A model generated the notes under the pieces. It saw only the letters and a list, made by a program, of their open reading frames with translations, searched no databases and was not told where the DNA came from. From positions 1,565 to 65,564 of the IMG/VR virus record IMGVR_UViG_3300032007_000084: 64,000 nt of DNA. The stretch is one strand, 5' to 3'. Numbering within the stretch: the stretch's first letter is position 1; the number at the start of each line of letters is the position of its first letter. The translations under genes and the position numbers were made by a program. Source of the stretch: a virus. Its lineage: Duplodnaviria; Caudoviricetes. Below, one piece after another: positions 58,837 to 64,000 of the stretch.

Positions 58837-60111
58837 ATGAGTGAAAAACAAACAGTCATTATCGCACATCATGATGATATGGATGGTTATGTCGCTGCTA
58901 AGATCTTAGCAGATGCATTCGATAATGAAGAAAAAGTGGATAAGATTGAGTTCATCGAATGCAGTTATCATAAGGATATGCATTCTGTATATGAACCAAT
59001 CCTTTACAGTGTAAAGAAATATAAAAATCCGATTCTTTGTGTAGTGGATTTCAATATCAGTGAAGAATTACTGGATTTGATTCCTAGTCAAGTTGCTTTC
59101 GATAATTTCATCTGGATTGATCACCATACCAGTAATGTTAGTTACTGGGAATGCCATAGCAATATGGTTCATCAGATGAAAGGCTTACGGGTTAACTATG
59201 GTTTATCTGCAACGGAATTAGCGTACCTTTACGTAGAAGGGGCATTTCGTACTGGTTTTAACCGGATTGCTTATCTGACGAAAGAATATCAGACGGATGT
59301 TCGCCAGGAGTTAGATGCTCTCTTGGAGAAACTTCCTCTCGGCATTCGTACGGTTGGAAGTTATGACGTATGGAGAGAATGGCGGGAAGAGTATAATAAT
59401 GCTCTTTGCCTGAATAAATATTTCTATGCGAATCATCCGAAATTTGGACCGACATATGATGAGCTTTGGGATCCGTTCATTGCGTTTGAGCATGATGCTC
59501 CCTATGAACTTGCTATAGAAGGTGGTAAAGCTATTCTTTCCTATGATAAAGCTCGCTATGCTGACTATGTAACGAAAAGCGCCTTTGAAGCAACCATCTT
59601 GAATTTCACAACGATCAAAACAATCGCTATGAATACTTCAGAGAAAACCTCTCTCGCATTTGATTCTGTGAAAGATCAATATGAAGTTGGTATTACGTTC
59701 AATACAGATGGAAAAGAAACGAGATATTCATTCTATCGTCTTGGATTGAATCCGACGAATAATATTGATTGTGCCCTTATTGCGAGTACGTTTGGCGGTG
59801 GTGGTCATCGCGATGCCGCTGGGTGCACAATCGAAAATGAATATCGTATTATTACGCGGAAACAGGAAGAGAAGAAAACATATTCTCCAATTCATACGGT
59901 AACCCGTACTTTTGATCTTCTTAGGCTGAAAGATATTCAGCCGGGTTCATTCGTTGCAGTTTTGGATGCAACGGTGGATGAACGTGTGCAATCGGAACTT
60001 GGAGTGATTTACGTTCGTACCTCTGGAGATTATTCTAATCTCATGGAAGGTTGGGAACCAATCTATAGTCTGATTGGAGAAGACAGTGTATTTCTCACGG
60101 AAGAGAATTGA
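58837..60111 (+). CDS. DHH-family phosphoesterase/nuclease
   Basis: HHDDMDG, VVDF, WIDHH and GGGHRDAAG (DHHA1). Confidence 0.88.
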   Translation: MSEKQTVIIAHHDDMDGYVAAKILADAFDNEEKVDKIEFIECSYHKDMHSVYEPILYSVKKYKNPILCVVDFNISEELLDLIPSQVAFDNFIWIDHHTSNVSYWECHSNMVHQMKGLRVNYGLSATELAYLYVEGAFRTGFNRIAYLTKEYQTDVRQELDALLEKLPLGIRTVGSYDVWREWREEYNNALCLNKYFYANHPKFGPTYDELWDPFIAFEHDAPYELAIEGGKAILSYDKARYADYVTKSAFEATILNFTTIKTIAMNTSEKTSLAFDSVKDQYEVGITFNTDGKETRYSFYRLGLNPTNNIDCALIASTFGGGGHRDAAGCTIENEYRIITRKQEEKKTYSPIHTVTRTFDLLRLKDIQPGSFVAVLDATVDERVQSELGVIYVRTSGDYSNLMEGWEPIYSLIGEDSVFLTEEN

Positions 60112-60130
60112 AAACCCAAAGAATAAATAA

Positions 60131-60142
60131 AATATATATTAT
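60131..60142 (+). promoter_or_regulatory. putative early (virion-RNAP) promoter AATATATATTAT (representative copy)
   Basis: Exact copies, each pointing into a downstream gene: 7072-7083(-), 9255-9266(+), 14640-14651(-), 36456-36467(-), 48038-48049(-), 55739-55750(-), 56846-56857(+), 60131-60142(+). One variant at 61405-61416(+). Confidence 0.75.
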
Positions 60143-60216
60143 AATAGTGGAAGCAATCATTGGAATTGCTTCCACTATTATATAAACCCTTTTTGTATTT
60201 TAAGGAGGTAGAAGAT

Positions 60217-61350
60217 ATGCTGTTGAAAACAGGTATCATTGGTATTGGTAACGCAGGCAATATGGTTGCGGCTGAAGCCAATAGTTCCAAGGAAATGCCG
60301 GTCATTGGATTGAACACTTCTGAGAGAGATCTCGATGCTGTAAAATCCCGTACGGCAATTCAGACGTACTTCATTGGTAATGGTGACGGTGCAGGTAAAG
60401 ACCGTACCAAATCCAAAGCAGCCATGAAGGATCATTTGAAAGAACTCATTGGAGATGATGAATTCAAGAAGTTCATGGATTCCATTGAGGTCTGCTTCAT
60501 CGTCAGTTCCACTGGTGGTGGTACTGGTTCTGGTACGGCTCCGATGATCTGCGATGTTCTTTCGAGTATCTATCAGAACATCAATTTCATCATGGTTGGT
60601 ATTCTTCCGACCATTGGTGAATCGGTTGGTGCTCAACGTAATACGGTCGAGTATATCGCTGAGGTCAATCGTTTGAATCTTCCATATATGCTTTTCGATA
60701 ACTCGGAAGCTGGAACGGAATCGACGAACGATGTATTCGACCGTATCAATCATGATGTCGTGGAAGCAGTTTCTGTGATCCGTGGAGATTACAATCTTCT
60801 CTCGCGTTACGGTATGATTGATGCTGGCGATATGACGAAACTCATTACGCTCCCTGGTATGATTCATATGAATCTGCTTCAGGGCATCTATCAGGAGAAG
60901 ATTCCGACGGATGGTTCCATTGAAGATCTCATCATTGAGAGCCTGAAGAAGAATACCATGGTACAGCTCGATCGTGATAAGATTGTAAAGCGTCGTGGGT
61001 ATATCGTCAATCTGACGGAAGACCTTCAGCCGTACTTCAATAAGGACTTTCCGAAGATCACAGAGCTCTATGGTGAACCTGTGGAAGTGTTCGACCATTA
61101 TGCAGTGAATCAGGATGATGAAAAAGCAAACTTCGTTATTCTCATTCAGTCTGGTCTGAGTCTTCCGGAAAATCGTCTGAAGAAGATTCAGCATCGTATT
61201 CAGGCCGCCGAGGAAGCACTGAAGAAACAGAAGGAATCCTCGATTCTGGATTCACTCTCAGAGAGCGTTTCGCAGTTCGATGGCACGAAAGATGTCAATC
61301 GTGTAAAGCGGGAATCCGTCAATCTTGATGACATTCTTGGAAAGTATTAA
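60217..61350 (+). CDS. tubulin/FtsZ-family GTPase (PhuZ/TubZ-like)
   Basis: GIIGIGNAGN, GAGKDR, tubulin signature STGGGTGSG, and T7-loop-like IDAGD. AAGGAGGT RBS. Early motif at 60131-60142. Confidence 0.92.
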   Translation: MLLKTGIIGIGNAGNMVAAEANSSKEMPVIGLNTSERDLDAVKSRTAIQTYFIGNGDGAGKDRTKSKAAMKDHLKELIGDDEFKKFMDSIEVCFIVSSTGGGTGSGTAPMICDVLSSIYQNINFIMVGILPTIGESVGAQRNTVEYIAEVNRLNLPYMLFDNSEAGTESTNDVFDRINHDVVEAVSVIRGDYNLLSRYGMIDAGDMTKLITLPGMIHMNLLQGIYQEKIPTDGSIEDLIIESLKKNTMVQLDRDKIVKRRGYIVNLTEDLQPYFNKDFPKITELYGEPVEVFDHYAVNQDDEKANFVILIQSGLSLPENRLKKIQHRIQAAEEALKKQKESSILDSLSESVSQFDGTKDVNRVKRESVNLDDILGKY

Positions 61351-61473
61351 GTAGTTTAACTGAAGAAGATATATACTTGAAACGAAGACTCAATCTTCGT
61401 TTCAAGTATATATTATTATTTTGAAGCATACATGGTAGTATGCGCAAATTTTCTTAACTATAGTTAGGAGGAA

Positions 61474-62733
61474 ATGAATACTATGAGTAGTTATGAAGAA
61501 AGAGCAATTAGAGGTGATGAGCTCTTTGGAAAGGGTTATGAAGGTAACCTCTCAAAGAGATCTCTCCGTAATGCGAGCAAAAAAGATCGGGAAGAGATTG
61601 TAGAATGCAATCTTCCGTTCCTCGCTCAGTTCTATTTCTTCGGGAGTGAAAAAGATCACAACCGTTGGAATGATACGCTTTTTGAGGTACTTGGTAGCGA
61701 GAAGTTCCTGAGTGCTTTCGAGAAGATTCTCAAGAAGAACAAAAAGGCGAAGAAAAAGCGCGATAGCGATGAGATGATTGAGATTCCAAAGGGAATGCAT
61801 GTCATCTTCATGGATTATCTTCGTCGCATTGATCAGTTGTATCGGGAGAAGATCCGTCGTTACCAAGGCTCCAAGAGTGAGTTCGGTCAGGCGTCGATGG
61901 ATGAGCTTCGTTCTCAGATCGATGATCAGAAACGTGAGATCCAGGCGATCATTGAAGAGCTTTGTGGGAAGGAAAAGAAACTTCTCTTGAAGTATGGGAT
62001 CAATGAGCCGTATGCAACAAGGCTTGCTACAACGATGGTACCACATAAGTATTTGAACGAGCATAACGTTCGTCGGTACTTCAATTCGCTGAATCGTGCG
62101 ATCACGGATTGTGTTCGTCACGGCGTGGTGAAATCGGAAGATGATCCTGGTGTATACGATAACAGCATCGGAATCAATCTCGCACTTGATGAAAATATCG
62201 TTGCGCTTTATGAGTTCTTCTTCTTCAAGGTAGATCGTAAGGTCTTCCTTTCGGCTCTCAAGGAGTTCTTGCTGGAACCGAGAACGAAAGCTCTGGATAG
62301 CTTCACGAAGCCTCAACTGGAGGCATACAATTCTCTGAACCGTGTGGTTTGCGATATTCTGGAAGGAAACATCGCGATCAATTACACTGGTGAGAATATG
62401 AAGAAGAAAGAGTTGAAAGAGCTCCGTATCAATAAGAAGGAGCTCAAGAAGATCATGCGTAAGTACGCAGAGAAGCGTATGAAGGATGATCATGATGGGC
62501 GTGATTGCACACGTCGTATTCTGTTCCGTTCTCTGGATGAGGAAACGTATCCGAATCTGACGAAGGCATTTGATACGATGATCAAAGATTCTCTCGTTGA
62601 TGCAGAGGATCAGCGTCAGATTGCCAAAGAAAAGGCAGAGGAACAACGCCAGAGGGAACAGCAAAACAAACAGAATCAGCAGAATAATAACAACGGAAAC
62701 CGGAATAACAATAACTTCCGGAAGAACCGTTAA
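61474..62733 (+). CDS. hypothetical helical protein following tubulin
   Basis: 419 aa, AGGAGG RBS, highly-expressed-type codons, Q/N-rich basic C-terminal tail, and early motif at 61405-61416. Confidence 0.8.
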   Translation: MNTMSSYEERAIRGDELFGKGYEGNLSKRSLRNASKKDREEIVECNLPFLAQFYFFGSEKDHNRWNDTLFEVLGSEKFLSAFEKILKKNKKAKKKRDSDEMIEIPKGMHVIFMDYLRRIDQLYREKIRRYQGSKSEFGQASMDELRSQIDDQKREIQAIIEELCGKEKKLLLKYGINEPYATRLATTMVPHKYLNEHNVRRYFNSLNRAITDCVRHGVVKSEDDPGVYDNSIGINLALDENIVALYEFFFFKVDRKVFLSALKEFLLEPRTKALDSFTKPQLEAYNSLNRVVCDILEGNIAINYTGENMKKKELKELRINKKELKKIMRKYAEKRMKDDHDGRDCTRRILFRSLDEETYPNLTKAFDTMIKDSLVDAEDQRQIAKEKAEEQRQREQQNKQNQQNNNNGNRNNNNFRKNR

Positions 62734-62815
62734 GAAATTTTGAATTGTTGATGAAGAAGGAATGGAAGGAATCTATTCCTTCTTTTTTTTTTCTTATGAA
62801 AGAAGGTTGATTGAA

Positions 62816-63184
62816 ATGACAAACTTTGATCGGTACCATGATTGGTTTTTATATATGGCATCATTAACTCCAGAACAACTTTCGAAAACCTATTTTATGT
62901 GGGTTAAATATTACGGTGATCCGAAAGAGTGTGTTTCATCTACTTATACAGTCAAGGAAATTGAAGAATATTTACTAACAGATGTGCATGAAGATGAGAA
63001 ACGGTTTGAATATGAGTATGGAATGAACTCAGAGGAATTTTGGAAGAAATATAAGAAATCAGAAGCTAATGGGACTTTAAAGGAGTTCTGGAAACCCATT
63101 GATGAACATACGAAAATCCATCCTCCCTATGATAAGGATGGAAATAAACTGTATAAGAAAGCAGAATTTCCTGCGTTCCGTTGA
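62816..63184 (+). CDS. hypothetical protein
   Basis: AGAAGG RBS before ATG 62816. Confidence 0.65.
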   Translation: MTNFDRYHDWFLYMASLTPEQLSKTYFMWVKYYGDPKECVSSTYTVKEIEEYLLTDVHEDEKRFEYEYGMNSEEFWKKYKKSEANGTLKEFWKPIDEHTKIHPPYDKDGNKLYKKAEFPAFR

Positions 63185-63267
63185 GTAAAAATAACTACTT
63201 GCATATACAATCTTTTAAGATGAACTTCTTAGTTTTTAATTCTCTAACAGTGAAGGGAAGGTATCGA

Positions 63268-63465
63268 ATGCTTAAAAATGTAAGTATTTCCAAAGCAAAA
63301 CTTGAAGAATTAGGATTTGCTCAAGAAAATACGGATCGTTACCATACGGTAATGAAAAAGGGAAAATATACCGCGACAGTGAATCCAAATGGTTCTATTA
63401 CCATTAATGGAATTACAACAGACTTCAAATGCGTCAAACGCGGTAAAATAAAAGGACTCGATTAA
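63268..63465 (+). CDS. small hypothetical protein
   Basis: GGGAAGG RBS before ATG 63268. Confidence 0.55.
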   Translation: MLKNVSISKAKLEELGFAQENTDRYHTVMKKGKYTATVNPNGSITINGITTDFKCVKRGKIKGLD

Positions 63466-63529
63466 AAACAATTGCATAAGTTTTTATGAGAAGTTTCAAT
63501 TCTATCTATATTAAAGGTGGTTACTTTTT

Positions 63530-64000
63530 ATGATTTATCTGTACAATGAATACAACACTGCGAAATGGGAAGTTGTAAAGAAGAATGATCATTTCTTCCG
63601 TCTGCAATTGATTGATAGCCCTGTGTTTGGTATCAACATCCGCGCGGACGAAGATATTCAGGAAGATTCCTTCAAACAGAATGCACTCAATGCAACCAAT
63701 GATGTTTACAATGCAAATCTTCTGCTTGCGCTTCCGACGAGTGTTCGCTTCGATAATCGTAGCCTTCGCCCGTCGATTCGTAAAGCAGATGATAAGTACA
63801 ACTCTGACATCTATGTGGTTTCATATGATATAACGTCTGGGGATCGTATCATCAATGCTCTCACAAAGAAAGCATTTGTGTATGATTACCTCTATGACTA
63901 TGATAAAGGGCAGCTTCATGTGATCTTCTCCCTGAACAATCGCCAGGATAATACGTTCATGGAACTGATCTTCATGGATAAGGCTGGCAAGAATGTCATT
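63530..64000 (+). CDS. hypothetical protein, runs off window (missed by ORF track)
   Basis: Open frame MIYLYNEYNTAKWEVVKKNDHFFRL... with no stop before the window end. AAAGGTGG RBS. Confidence 0.75.
   Translation, partial: MIYLYNEYNTAKWEVVKKNDHFFRLQLIDSPVFGINIRADEDIQEDSFKQNALNATNDVYNANLLLALPTSVRFDNRSLRPSIRKADDKYNSDIYVVSYDITSGDRIINALTKKAFVYDYLYDYDKGQLHVIFSLNNRQDNTFMELIFMDKAGKNVI

Noticed and set aside
61474-62733. Calling this ORF chimallin
   Set aside because: It is shorter than known chimallins, sits in a different position, and shows no recognisable motif. It is kept only as an untested candidate.

Overview
This window is a 64-kb slice of an AT-rich jumbo phage of the phiKZ/AR9-like supergroup. 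It carries two paralogous multisubunit RNA polymerase beta' subunits, a split B-family DNA polymerase subunit, a tubulin/PhuZ-like GTPase, baseplate and tail genes, and a ~5,200-aa tape-measure/lysin protein. The host is probably a Firmicute, possibly a diderm Negativicute (inference from a catalytic-domain-only GH25 lysin and L27/Prp-like FDLQRF motifs). Highlights: (1) Near-identical ORF-less group I introns sit at the same codon of the catalytic DxDGD motif in BOTH RNAP beta' paralogs, with a free-standing HNH endonuclease coupled to one of them. (2) An apparently intact DGR (TR + RT) has a TR that does not match the adjacent tail-fibre variable repeat. That VR is followed by a decayed second DGR RT, suggesting tandem 'live' and 'frozen' DGR modules. 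(3) Internal Prp-type cleavage motifs follow N-terminal SH3-like domains in two tail proteins. (4) Separate early (AATATATATTAT) and late (NACA-N6-TA) phage promoter motifs can be read from the sequence. No tRNA, rRNA or CRISPR array was recognised. All product calls come from motif recognition by eye; no database searches were run.
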